Origin: Hypanus sabinus
Taxonomy: Eukaryota
Assembly (NCBI RefSeq): GCF_030144855.1
Contig: NC_082720.1
Location: 57,784,001-57,848,000, forward strand
Direction of reading: 5' to 3'
DNA length: 64,000 bases
Both the position numbers and the translations under genes were made by a program. Shown here in pieces: positions 50,883 to 64,000 of the stretch; the stretch's first letter is position 1; the number at the start of each line of letters is the position of its first letter. The notes under the pieces are model-generated. The model saw nothing but the letters and a program-made list of their open reading frames with translations, was not told where the DNA came from and did not search any database.

Positions 50883-53800
50883 GCTGGAGGAACTCAGCAG
50901 GTCAGACACTATCTATGGAGAGCAATGAACAATCCATTTTCTGGCCAGTCATGATTTTTTTCTGGCAGTAGTATGGTAAGTATAAAGCATTTCTAGAAAT
51001 GACATCTGCAAGTATAAGAGTCATTCAAAATTAAAGAAATCATAACCTAGTTAACACTCGCTTAAAGCAGATCAGTAACTTCTATAAGCAGACTGTACAT
51101 ACGACAGCATGGAAACACACAAGCCATTCAGCAGAAGATCCTACAAATGGATTAGGCCCAGTACAAAATCGGTAAAACCTTCCCAACCATTCAGCACATC
51201 TACTTGAGACATTGCCGTAGAAAAGCAGTATCCATCATCAAAGATCCTCACTGCCCAGGACATTCTCTTTTCTCAGATAGAAGGTACAATTGCCTCAGGA
51301 CTCACACCAATAGGTTCAAGAAACGTTTTTACCCCACAACCATTAGGCTCTTGAACAAAAGGGGATAACTACACTCACTCTACTTCTGGTCTTTCCACAA
51401 TCGATGGTCGCATTTTAAGGACTGTTTATCTTGTTATTTCATGCTCATTATTTATTGTTATTTATTTATATTGGTATTTGTTGTCTATTGATCCTGTTTA
51501 CAGTTACTGTTTCATAGATTTGCTAACTATGCCCACAGGAAAAGAAAGAATCTCAGGGTTGTATGTGGTGACATGTATATACTTTGCCGATAAATTTTAC
51601 TTTGAACTAATATCCAGAAAGCGTCCTATTCAAGTGCATCATGACTTGATATAGCAACTGCTCTGCCCGACACTCCAAGAAACTTCAGAGCTGTGGACAC
51701 AGTTCAGCACATCACAGAAACCAGCCTCCACTCCATGAACTGTCTATACTTCTTGCTGCCTTTGTAACATAGTCAATGTAATTAAAGACCCCACCAGCCT
51801 TGGGCATGCTCTCTTCTCCCCCTTCCGTCAGGGAAAAGATACAGAACCTAGGCTCGGCGACAGTATCCATCCGATTGTTATAAGACTACTGAATAGTGCC
51901 CTGGTACATTAAAATGATCTCCTGACCTCAACCTACCCTGTACTGTCTTGCACCTTATTGTCTGCCTGCACTTTCTTTTGGATATTTTGTAAAGAATGAT
52001 CAATAGTTTCCACTGCTGGAAACAAATTCCACGAATAGTCGCTCTTGTTACCTTCAGACAAAGAGATTTAGAAATCCAAATGTTTGAAGATTATCTGTAA
52101 AACAGATGGCAGATGAGGAAGTATAATAAAATAGCAAGAAAAAAAAGGCAGTACTGTTATTCAAAGCAAGGGTTTGAGAAAATGGAATAAGAGATTTTTA
52201 AAGTTTCAAATTGGTCTCATTCAAAGGAAGCAGTACCTAGTTGTAATATGGAAAGGGATATAATAGTCTTCGTACAGTAAGTACCCAAGCTTGATCACAC
52301 ATAAAATGCTGGGGAACTCAGTAGGTCAGGGAGCATTAATGGAAACGAATAGTCACCTTTATCAGGACTGGAAAAGAAGGTGGAACAAGACAGAATAATG
52401 AGGGGGTATAGAAAAGGAAAATGCAAGCAGGCTTCTTCCACTGAGATTGGGTGGGACTACAACCAGAAGTCATGGTTTAAAGGTGAAAGGTGAGAAGATT
52501 AAGGAGAACATGAGGGGAAACATCCTCACTTAGAGGGTCATGAGAGTGTGGATTGAGCTGCCAGCACAAGTGGTGCATGCAAGCTCGATTTCAACATTTA
52601 AGAGAAGTTTGGATTGGTACATGATTGGGAGGCATATGGAGGGCAACAGTCCCGGTGCATTTTGATGGGAGTTGGCAGTTTAAATGGTTTTGGTATGAAC
52701 TAGATGGGCCAAAGGGCATGCTTCGGTGCTGTACTTCTCTATGTCTCTGTAAGGTGGTGGATGGAAGTCAAGGATAAAGTAGATGGCATGTGCAGTTTCA
52801 TAAGCCTGATTTATTTAAGAACAGACTCCAAAATGAAATATCAAATATTTGTCATCAACAAGGAGCTTTTCAAATGTCAGCATCTTTGTATGGTAAAGTC
52901 AGTTGTTTAGAATCACGCTTCTCCGGGTCAAAAACTGAATACAAGCTATAAAGCCAGTGAGAAACAGAAATGTAAAACTTACAGACCAAAATTTTATATA
53001 ATTTCTGTGGAAAAATTATAAAATGTTATGATGATTGACTTAATTAGAAAATTAGTTATTTAGAACAAAAGTGCAGCATTAATTCAGCTTGAAATTTCTT
53101 ATGAGACGTTGGAAACAAAGAACAATTTAAGGCTAACAAGTTAAATTGCAGTAATATCCGGCACATCAATCAATGTAATGTCAAACACCGCAGGGAAAGG
53201 ACATGCCCATGACATTTAGCAGATTATACAATGGAAGGAAATGGCAAACATTAATTATAATAAACAGATAACTAGCTCAGTATTCACATTGCTTATCAGT
53301 TAAGTGTGTTGGCTTTCTTTTATCTTTCAAAGAAAATAATCTGAGGAACTGATTTTTCTCAGCTGCACCATTTTAGAGACTCTGCTAATTTGTATTAAAA
53401 TGTTGTGGCAAATCTTTCAGCACAAAAACTGAACTTTGGGATACAACAGGGTACGTGTTCAACACAAAGAAGCAGGCAGGAAAAATCATCTAGCAAACTG
53501 CCTTTGCCAAAAGCTCCCATCTGGAAAGAGCTACAGAGCTATTAAAACAAAAGACCTGGAATGCCATTTTAGAAGTTAATCTGATCAGCCATTCTAGTTA
53601 GCTACCCCGCTCCCTCTATCTTTTACCTCAGTTACTGCACTGCACTGTAAACACTTTAAACCACTTTTATAATGTTGTTTACATTGTAAATACATTCTGG
53701 TTTTTATGTATTAATGGATGTTTTATTTTATATCAGTACTTTAACCTCTAACATTTTTTATACATTTCTTTCTTATTGTTGGATGTTATTTTCTGTTGCA

Positions 53801-54789
53801 TGTCACGCCCTGACCAACACACCACAGCAAACTCTAATACAGGTAAATGCATATGGTAAATAAAGCTGATCCTTGAGCACAAGAGCAATATTATTGTAGG
53901 TCTAAAGCAAAACAATTTACAGCCTTTAATTTTACTGTGCAACAGAACTCATCATTCAGGAACTAGAAATTACTAGGTGACAACTATGTGATAAACTCTA
54001 CCCAATGTACTCTTTGTAGCTATGGAGTGACAAATTCAATTGTCACTCAATCATACACATGAATACAGACAAACAGTGTTCCTTCGATGCCAACATGCAA
54101 AACACAGAACCAAACTTAACACACAGCACATAGAGAAAAAATTATAGTTACAAAAGTAATATAGCTCAATCACAAGCAAGAGAAAATCTGCAGATGCTGG
54201 AAATCCAAACAACACACTCAAACTGGAGGGACTCAGCAGGCCATGCAGAATTTTGTGCATGTTGCAATAATATAGCCCAAGTCTCTGAGTATCATCGCCT
54301 GTAGACTGATAGTGCATGGGATGTTGTCCTGAAGCAATGTTTCTGCAAGAACAAGCCACAACAGTTCTTCATCTGCAGATGATTATCCATTCTGTGTTAA
54401 ATTTGGTTGGGATCTTTATACTTGAGAATGATTCTTCTGAGAAATTCAAAGCTTTATTAAGTGGGGTGATAACAATAACCCCACATTAATAAGAGTTGAA
54501 CAAAATTGGAAAGGATAATAGAAAATACAATGCAAAACTTGCAGGTATAATGCCAAGAAGCCCTTTTCTTAGGAGAAAGCATAATTCATTGCTGAAACAG
54601 ATTTTACAGAAGAGATCTATACAGGCACTTAGAAAGAGACTGAAAGCTTTATACAAAAAAGACAGGAGATCAAAGACTGAATACTCTTTGTATTCAAGTC
54701 TGATGCAGAATAAGACCAGATAAGTCAATATCTGTCTGTAATCCTTTCATATCTACAGTAAATTTGAATGCTCAGAAGAAATTAACTCA

Positions 54790-55272
54790 TAACTTCCTAA
54801 AGCCTGCTCATCATCTACAATACTGGAGTGTAATGGGATATTCTCCACTTACTCAGATGAACGCAGTCTCAACAACATTCGAGAAGTAGGACAAAGTAGC
54901 CCACCTGATCAACACTCTGTGCCCTACTATTCACTCACTCTACCAATGATGGGGCAATTTGTACCATCTCCAGGATGCACTCGCTAACACCGTCAACTCA
55001 CCATCATTTTTCAGTCTGCAGCTTCCACATGTGACCTCCACCAGATAGGACAAGATCAGCAAAAACAGGATCAAACACCAACCTGGAAGTTGCTCTCCAA
55101 ACTGCACATCACCCTCACTTGGAAATTTGTCACCTTTCCTTTACCATTCCTGGCCATGACTTTGGAACTCTCCCTAACAGCTTTGTATGGACACTCACAT
55201 CAAAGATCTGCAGTTGTTTAAACAGGTGGCACACCACATTTACATGAAGAAGAGCAAATAAACGCTGGCTCG
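54790..55272 (+). mobile_element. Old L2/CR1-superfamily LINE 3' end; minus-strand relative at about 35220-35530
   Basis: Diverged body ending ..tggaactctccctaacagc..gcagttgtttaaacaggtggcacaccac..aataaacgctggc. Confidence 0.5.
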
Positions 55273-55277
55273 GCCCC

Positions 55278-55560
55278 TGTTGTGGAAATTATTCAAGTAC
55301 ACAACTTGGACTCGGACTTAGAAGTAAACAGAACCTTATTCGCGATATCATGGGGAGCAGCTCTGCTAACAGTGGGATGCTAACTCCAATGGTTACACAT
55401 CAAGCAGTTCCTTTCATATCTTTTAGCTACATTGGATTTATGACCATGAACAGAATGTTTGGTATATATTAGCTGTAGAAACTTAAGCTAGTCGCACATT
55501 TAGACAGCTGTGTAATATTAATGCTTTATATGAAGTTGATACTTTTCCTTCATGGTACCA
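55278..55560 (-). mobile_element. Possible solo LTR
   Basis: TG...CA ends (tggtacc ... ttccacaaca on the minus strand), an AATAA-like signal near the 3' end, 283 bp; no TSD found. Confidence 0.3.
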
Positions 55561-55590
55561 AAAACTCACTTGCCACTTGCATATAAAATG

Positions 55591-56156
55591 TACTCAGTGG
55601 CCACTTTATAAGGTACACCTATACTGTATACCTGCTTGTTAATTCAAGCATCTAATCAGCCAAACACATGGTACTAACTTAATACATAAAAGCATGCAGA
55701 CATGGTCAAGAGGTTCAGTTGCTGTTCAGACCAAACATTCAGGATATGGAAGAAATGTGATCTCAGTTACTTTGACTGTGGAATGATTGCTGGTGCCAAA
55801 TGGGTTGGTTTGGCTATCTCAGAACTGCTGACCTCCTGTAATTTTAAGTCTCTAAAGATTACAGAGTTATGTAAAACAAAACAGAAATCCAGTGGGCAGC
55901 AGTTCCTTGGGTGAAAATGCCTTGCTAATGAAAGGTCAGAGAAGAATGATAATGGTGTTTCAACCTGAGAAGAAGGCGACAGTAAACCAAATAACTACTG
56001 TACATGCTACAACACTGATGTGTAGAAGAGCATCTCTGAATGCATAACATGTTGAACTTTAAAGGTGATGGGTTACAACAGCAGAAGACAATAAACATAC
56101 ACTCATTGGCCACTTTATTAGGTACAGGAGGTACCTAAAAAATTGGCCACTGAATA
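55591..56156 (+). mobile_element. Tc1-derived MITE, same family
   Basis: Same TIRs and body; ORF 55702 contains KKCDLSYFDCGMIAGAKWVGLAISE. Confidence 0.85.
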
Positions 56157-57429
56157 TATATTGGTCTGCCAAGCAAAATCCATTCCTATTATGAAAGATC
56201 AGCAAATCCCAAACCTGCTCCAATATACAAAAATACCTCATATAACTGAGCATATATAGAAATAAAACAAGGTTCTTCATCCCTCTGAGCCTATGAAGTG
56301 ATCCACGATCAGTATTCCAACTCCACAAAGTTGCTTTGAATCATTCCTACAGTACAAACCCTTGACAAAGGTTCCTCTGATCACATACTTAAAATTATTG
56401 AGCTAGCACTAATTGACATGCATGTCCAAACTATCGCACCATACTTTGCATAATTCAATGTATTTTTCAATCTTTCTTGAACAGTTTAGCTCTTTTATAA
56501 TGGCTCTTGTACCTTAACTAAGAATAGAATCAATGAATCACTAGTATAGAACTGGGTTATTTGTCCCATCATGTCCATACAAGCTCAATGCAAAAGCAAA
56601 AGACATGGCTCCATTTTATAGTTTTATATTGTTTACTATCTGGAATTTCTTTATTTTGGATTCAAGTTAACCAACTCACATTTATCTACACATAAATTGG
56701 TCTGTTACGTTTTCAGCAAAATACACACAAAATACTGGAGAAACTCAGCAGGTAAGGCAGCATCCATGGAAATGATCAAGTATTCAACATTTTGGCCAAG
56801 ACCACTCATTTAATCTACCTCTATATTTTTATAATTTCATCTCCCTGAAACATTGTGCCTTCTTCCAATGCTTTATTATAGTGGCACAGATGTAGAAAAT
56901 AACTTGTCAATGTGCTATTCCCTTTGGTGGGAAAATAATAAATGGAATCAAAATGAGTGAAATGCAACCTGCATTGTGTTTTTTTCTACTTGAAATCAGA
57001 TTCAGATTTACTTATCAAATATGCATCAAAATATAGTAAAATATGTTAATAACCAACACAGCCAAGGATGTCTGGGGACAGGCCACAAGTGTGGCTACAT
57101 ATTCTGGCACCAACACAGTATGTCCATAATGTTCAGCTGAACAACATGACGAGTGACAAAACAACAACAGCAAAGCAAGCCCCTTTCTTCCATCCCACTC
57201 ACTCCTCCAACCCTCAGACCTCCACTTAGAAGTCCAACTCTGAGAACCACTCATTCAGGCTGGTCTGCCAGCCCGACATCTGGCTGTCAAATGAGGTGCG
57301 GAGGCTTAGACTGTGGCCTGATCTCTAATTCCCCCACATCCTGGTCCCTACACCCCACCATGACCTCTAACACTCCTCTCTGCCCTGAAACCATCCCTAC
57401 AAGCCTAGAAAACAACTAAAAATCAACTA

Positions 57430-57600
57430 ACATGAGAAAATCTACAGATGCTGGAAGTCCAAGGCAACACACACAAAATGCCAGAGGAACTCAGCAGGCA
57501 GGGCATCATCTATGGAAAAGAATAAACAGTCAATGTCTATTCCTTTCCACTGATTCCTCCAGGCCTGTTCAGTTCTTCCAGGATTTTGTGTGTGTTGCCT
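57430..57600. repeat. Compact fold-back of two PLE termini; similar short termini at about 13410-13580, 15025-15110, 19975-20095, 50880-50930, 52295-52395, 54175-54270, 56720-56810
   Basis: caacacacacaaaatgccagaggaactcagcagg ... cctgttcagttcttccaggattttgtgtgtgttg. Confidence 0.65.
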
Positions 57601-60229
57601 TAAAACTCAACTAAATCTGAGCTGTGACCTTGTTGGAGACCATAGCTCGGCACCATCTTTTCTCAATGGAACGAAATAAAACACCAAAACAACACAAGAA
57701 GCAACAACAACAGCCCCTCCCACCCATGCACCCCTCACACACATAGTAAGGCTCCAGTTGCAGGAATGGCCACCTCCAGGCTTCCAGTCCTTGACCCCAG
57801 ACTCTCTTCATGTCCACTACACTGGGTTCAGTGGATAGGACACCTTGAGAGTTTGTTCACTGAGAACTGCACATATTGTTCTACTTGATGAAGCTAAAAA
57901 TTCTCTGAAGGTTTATAAGTGGCAACTCACTATCACTCATTTACAACTGTCCATACAATCATCACTGCCTGTAACACTGCAATACAAGAACAGGTTGCAT
58001 CCACTATTTGGTGAAGTCTGCACGTGAAAATAAACTGTCCTAAACTATTACAGTAGCTTGAAAATGGATTAAAAGCCTCATTCTACCGAAGCAATACACC
58101 AATCAGCAGGTGAAAGGGTGAACAGATAAGGGAAAGGAGTAGGAACAGGTACATCAAAGGCTAAGTTGAAGCAAAGAGATTTACAGACATATACAAATTG
58201 GGGTTGAGCACCACTGCAGACTTAAATGCATGATTGCTCAATGCAGCAAGGAAGGAGAACCACACTTTTGGAGAAATGGATACAGATACCATGTCCTCTC
58301 GCAATTTGGATTCAGGTCAAAAGAAGCCATAACACTATTAAGAAGAGCAGGAAAAATTCCCTGATCTCCTTGTGCTGCTGTAACTGAGAATGTTAACTCA
58401 TTAACCGGGATTCCCTTCAAGTTTGCATGTTCCCTCCATAATTGTGTTGATTTCTTCTCGATGTCCTGATGTTCTGTCACGTTCTAAAAACGTGTTATTA
58501 GTTTAATTGGTTACCATGAATTACTGCAGTGTAAGTTAATTGGAAAAGTAATAAAAAGGAATGTATTAGAGAATAAATGCAGAGACAGAGGGAAATGGGA
58601 CTAAGGAGCTTGCTCCCCAAGACCTGGCCTGCATACAATGGGCTAAAAAGTCTCCTTCTGTGTTGCTACAAGGTGAAACTGAGAAACCTGAACCTTTACT
58701 ATTCAATCAATGGTATATGCAAACTGGGAGTTAAGCCCCACTGCAGAGACCCAAATGCATGATTGCTTGGTGTAACATGGAAGGAATGCTGCGTTATTGT
58801 AGATATGGATACAGATGTCATGTCATTTCATCAGAAATACAACACAGTTTATGAAAAAGAAAGAATGGCAAACAACCAATGTATAAGAGTAGACAAATTG
58901 TGCAAATAACAATAAAAACAAATGAATAATACTGAAAACATGAATTGTAGAATCCTCGAAAATGAGGGTCACAAGGTTGACCATGTGAGTGTTTCCTACA
59001 AAATGAAAGTGCCATGTACTTCACTGTTTACAGAGTGCACTGGTTTCTGATAGATACCAATTGAAGTCGAGTCACTCTTTCTTTGAGGATTTTTACAGTC
59101 ATCAACACTAGTGACATGAAAAATAGTTGATCTGAAATTTTGATCACCATTACTATCAACCTTGCATCATACGTAAAGCAAAAAGAGATGCAAAAGCCTA
59201 CTTAAAGAGCTGAAGAGGGTGGCAGATCTCTGGAATTCTCAACCCTATTGGTCTGCAAAGGCTAGATCAATGAAATGGAAGTTGACATGTTTTTGAAAGA
59301 ACAAGGAATTGAGGACTCTTGAGAACTGATACAGAAGAGGAGATGAGGTCTGGGGTCGAACAGCTATGATCATATTGAATGGCATGGCAGTCTTTAGGGG
59401 CTGGGTGGCCTAATCATGGGCTTATTCTCTTATGTACATAACAAAAGATCGATATGCTCTGTAAGATTGTTGTATTCTTAATGAAGTGAATACTAGTAAT
59501 TGAATCTTTCACATTCTGGTGTGCTTTATGGTAATTATCACTTAAATATTTCTTAAAATGAACGTAAGTCTGCACACAAAAATACTTAATCATCTTTTAA
59601 AACTGAATATAAAAATAAAAAAGAACTTCTAATATTTAGCCCATTAAATAGTTTAAAAATACATCCAAATGAAGAACTATATAGAGCATTCCTTGTTAAA
59701 CAGAAAGCATTAGGAAGCCTGTAGGATTAATTTGTTCACTGATGGAAGGAACTGCACAGATGCTGATTTCCAGACAGCCTGTGGCTGTGAATGACATTTG
59801 ACATGACAGCTATAAAATTTAAATCACTAAAAGCTTTAAAATAATGCAAAACCAAATAATCCTGCACTACTTCCAAATACATTACGGAAATTTTTTTGGA
59901 ACAATACCTCTGAAAACATTAAAATTATAGTTCTACAAAATTAATGAAAAATACCAATGTCTGGGGAGTTAAAAAGCATCTCTCTACCCTCAGGGTAAAG
60001 CAGCCAATTATTTCAATAAAAGAGACCTTTAGACTCAAAATTCCATGAGCTCCAGATGGTGGATTTCTTTTTTTAAAAATGCATCTACTTAGTTTGAAGA
60101 TTTGAGTTGGAGACATCTTGGAATGCTGCATTAGCACAATTAGTTAAATGTTTTTAAAATTTTGACCAGACCTAGAACTATTGTAAAAATATTGTTAATT
60201 AAAACTTTAAGCAAAAACAGTTCCCAATA

Positions 60230-60960
60230 CCAGAGTGAGATAGATCACCTGGGTTGAGTGGTGTCAACCTTGCACTCAATGTCAGTAAGGCCAAGACATT
60301 GACTGAATTTCTGGAAGGGGAAGATGGGGTAAGTCACGGAAGTCAAGGGAACCCACAGCAGTCCTCATCATGGGATCAGAAGTGGAAAGGGTGAGCAATT
60401 TCAAGTTTCAGGGTGTCAACATCTCTAAAGATCTATCCTGGGTCTAACATATTGATGCAATTACGAAGAAGGCACGACAGCAGCTATATTTCATTAGGAG
60501 TTTGATAAGAATTGAGACGTCAACAAAGTCACTCGAAAAATTCAACAGATAGATTGTGGAGAGCATTCTAATTGGTTGCATCAGTGTCTCGTATAGAGGG
60601 GCCACTGAAAAAGGATTGAAAAAAGCCAGAAGAAGTTTCAAACTCAGCCAGCTCTATCATGGGCACTCGAGTCTCCAGCATCTTCAAAAAGATGATGCCT
60701 CAAAAAGGCAGCATTCATCATTAAGGACTCCCACCATACCACCTTCTCATTGATACCATCAAGGAGGAGATAAAGGAGCATGAAGCCACACACTCTCAGC
60801 ATTCTGGGAACAGCTTCTTCCCCTCTGCCATCAGATTTCTGAATGAACAATGAACCCATGTACCAATGTACACTAACTCACTATTTTTTCCCTTATTTTG
60901 CACTGATTTTTTAAATTAAATATATATATATATAGTTAGTTTTAGATATAAAATACATAT
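60230..60960 (+). mobile_element. Rex1/Babar-clade LINE 3' fragment
   Basis: Translates NLALNVSK.K, VERVSNFKF.GVNISKDLSW, ITKKARQQLYFIRSL, VESILIGCISV; a same-family tail lies at about 61135-61212. Confidence 0.8.
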
Positions 60961-61594
60961 ATAGTGTTCCTAAGACTTTTGCCCAGCACTGTAAGCTGTT
61001 TTTTATCATTTACGTGAGTTAATTTTGATTTGATTTGAAGCACTCAGTGCAAAGACATCCATCTCCACCCTCTCTTTATTTGCCCTTCAAACAGCAATAT
61101 CTATGGGTCTTAAGTTTTTATTAATATTGATAAACACCTAGTAGCATTGTACTGCTGCTGCAAAACAACAAATCTCACAGCATTTATCAGTGATATTAAA
61201 CCTGATTCTGGTTTCTCAATAAACCAGGGTAGGAAATGTGACTTCTTGGTCGTAAGACCATAAGACACAGGAGCAGAGTTAGCCCATTTGGCCCGTTGAG
61301 TCTGCTTTGGCATTCAATCATGGCTGATCCTTATTTCCTCTTGTCAGCCCCACTCCCCGTAACCTTTGATGCTGTGTTCAATCAAGACCCTATCAAGTTC
61401 TGCCTTAAATACATACAAAGACTTGGCCTTCACAGCTGCCTGTGGTACTAAATTCCACATATTACGACCATTCTCTAAGGGACTGAATTGGGATGTGTTG
61501 GGCTATTTGGTTACAGACTTAGCTAGGGCACTTGGCCCACAATGGATGATCAGATCTGCAGTGCAGTTTAAATATTTTTATTGTAGCTGCCTCA

Positions 61595-61975
61595 GATATA
61601 ATCGTGCGATCACTTGTTGAGTAAGTTGCTCTCCTAATGGGTTGTCTATTAGTAGATCCTCGGATGGTTGTAGAGCCTGAACCAGGATCCACATATTCTG
61701 GTGCAGCGTGGGTGAGAGTAAGTTGTGGCTGTGGTTAATGATTGGGTCTATTGGTTGTTCAGTCTCTCCTTTCACGGCTACCGCTTGTTCTCTGCAGCAC
61801 AGTTCATTCTCATGTAGTGCAGCTCCCTCTTGATCAGATTTCCGCCAGGTGTATCTGTTGAGTGCAGTCTTTTCCCAGTTCTTAGATGTAATATTGAATT
61901 TCTTCAGGTTGATTTTGATTAATATTAGAAGCGTTTCCTTTGCCTACTAGGGGCTCACTGACCTTGCTTCATCTA
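61595..61975 (-). mobile_element. RTE-clade LINE 3' end
   Basis: Minus strand: GRQRKRF..IKINLKKFNITSKNWEKTALNRYTWRK and a C-terminal C2H2-like HPRCTRICGSWFRLYNHPRIY*. Confidence 0.7.
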
Positions 61976-61987
61976 GGATTCATCTGG

Positions 61988-62063
61988 AGACCATTAGTAC
62001 AGTGGTTAGTATTCCTGCCTATCATCCAAGTGACTAGGGTTCAATTTTCCCACCAGCGAGCCA
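61988..62063 (+). pseudogene. tRNA-Asp-derived pseudogene with encoded 3' CCA
   Basis: ttagtacagtggttagtattcctgcctatcatccaagtgactagggttcaattttcccaccagcgagCCA aligns with vertebrate tRNA-Asp(GTC); A and B boxes present; stems decayed. Confidence 0.65.
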
Positions 62064-63489
62064 CAGCTATATTCTCCAGCAGCTTGTTTTATATACAAAC
62101 CACCCTCTGGGTGAAGAAGTTACCCCTCAAGTCCCTTTTAAATCTTTTTCTCCTCACCGTAAACATATGTCCTCTTGGTCTAAATTCTCTTTCCCTGGGA
62201 AAAAGATGATAAGATTCTTTACCATCCTGAGATTCAAGATAGGGCTTTACTTTGACAAAACAACAATTTCTCCTGTCCATCTGAGACTGGTAACCTGATA
62301 AAGTGAAGGTCATGCAGAACTTTACAGACAGGAATTAAGAGTCAGCACACTGTAATCACAAAGATCAGTTCCTTCCTGTAAGTATCATTACTAAGCTAAT
62401 TATAAATAATTTACCTACTCAAGATTTTCACAAATCTAGTTTATTCACCACTCTTGAAATACTGTTTTCAGCTCTGGTCCCTTCATTATAGGAAAATTGT
62501 GGAAGCTTTAGAAATGGTGCAGAGGAAATTTACCAGGACTAGAGGGTATGTCTTATGAAGATAGACTGAGTGAGCTAGGGCTTTTCTCTTTGTCATTAAG
62601 GAGGATTAGAGGTGACTTGATAGAGTTGTACGAGATGATAAGAGGCATATATTGAGTGGACAGCCAGAGGCTTTTTCCCAGGGTGGAAATGGCTAATACC
62701 ATGGCTCCTAATTTTAAGGTGATTGGAGGAAAATATGGGAGCATGTCAGAGTTGTTTTTTTTTAATACAGAGAACTGGGTGCGTGGAGTGGTAGCAGAGG
62801 CAGATACATTAGTGGCATCTAAAAAACTCTGAGGATGATAGAAAAATGGGGGCTATGGAAGAGAGAAGAGTTAGATTGACTTTCGAGTAGGTTAAATGGT
62901 CAGCACAACATCATGGGCTGAAGGGCCTGTACTATGTTCTATGTTTAAATTCACTAACTGCTCCACTGGGAGTTCAACTTAATGCTTTGCATTAATAGTT
63001 CAGTAACACTGTTGCCACAGCACCTGAACAGGTTAAATGGACGAGGTAAGAGTTTTGTAAACATCTTCTACAGTGGGGCATACGTTTGATGGTCATCAAG
63101 TCAATGAGGTGAATGCCATTCATACTGACAAAGGCAGCCTTCCATCCTCAGGGTAAAACAATCCATTATTTCAATTTAAAGTCTGCTTTTGGACTTAAAC
63201 TTTGATGAGTCCAACACACAACACTTGCACTCCAATATGACATTGAAAAACTTGCTGTGGAAATCTTTTAGACAGGTTAAATAAATTAAAGTCTATGGGA
63301 TTTATTTTCATATCTTTAATACAAGGGGCCTAGATATTCAGTACTGCAGAACATTATATTGAAACAGATCTATCCTTCAGCGACCATAGCTCACTCATCA
63401 CCAGTTATTATTTGGGTTTTAGATATAATTTCACTTAACAAGTAGAGCAATTGCTGAAAATGGGTAAAGAGCAAATAAATTGCTGTCAA

Positions 63490-63980
63490 TAGATCATAAG
63501 ATATAGGAGTAGAATTAGGCCATTCAGCCCATCGAATTTGCTGCATCATTCCATCATGGTTGATCTCGGATCTCACTTAAGGCCATACACCTGCCTTCTC
63601 ACCATATCCTTTGATGCCTTGACCGATCAGGAAACGATCAACTTCAGCCCTAAATACACACACAAACCTGGCCTCCACCACAGTCTGTGGCAGAGCATTC
63701 CACAGATTCACCACTCTCTGGCTATAAAAATTACTCCTTACCTCTGTTCTAAAAGGTCACACTTCAATTTTGAGGCTGTGCCCTCTAGTTCTGGATACCC
63801 CACCATAGGAAACATTCTCTCCACATCCACCCTATCTAGTCCTTCCAATATTCGGTAAGTTTCTTCGAAATTCCAGTGAGTACAGGCCCAAACCTGCTAA
63901 ACACTCCTCATATGTTAACCCCTTTTTTCCCGGAATCATTCTCGTGAACATCCTCTGGACTCTCTCGAATGACAACACTT
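63490..63980 (-). mobile_element. CR1 3' fragment, minus strand; similar pieces at about 15350-15730, 23270-23540, 33690-34450, 48400-48890, 61250-61470
   Basis: Begins with the reverse-complement tail cataagatataggagtagaattaggccattcagccc, followed by CR1 body. Confidence 0.8.
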
Positions 63981-64000
63981 TCTGTGTAAAGAACATCCTG

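Noticed and set aside
54496-54723. Lys/Arg-rich 75-aa ORF
   Set aside because: A-rich composition, no splice or homology support, on the opposite strand to the host gene.

Overview
This is AT-rich, repeat-dense vertebrate genomic DNA. The repeat mix (CR1, Rex/Babar, V-SINE, Deu-domain SINE, Penelope-like, L1, RTE, Tc1) suggests a cartilaginous fish, probably a ray; that is an inference. The only confidently identified host coding sequence is a 90-bp minus-strand exon (32799-32888) encoding the DAD autoregulatory motif of a DIAPH1-type formin. Most of the window is therefore DIAPH1 3' intronic or downstream sequence. Major insertions are a full-length but decayed L1 with a 14-bp TSD (24999-31078), a complete IR/DR Tc1 transposon with TA TSD (2677-4283) and four Tc1-derived MITEs. 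The main finding is a family of Penelope-like-element termini carrying a minimal type I hammerhead ribozyme (consensus CAGTC-CTGANGA-AGGGTCTCGGCCC-GAAACGTC|GACTG). These occur as inverted pairs, as a 112-bp stand-alone insertion with its own TSD, and on both strands of the intron. Also noted are a duplicated 3' splice-site region with two candidate alternative DIAPH1 terminal exons, an RFX/TCF motif island, and a CCA-tailed tRNA-Asp retrocopy. Repeat boundaries without TSDs are approximate, and family names come from motif recognition, not database searches.
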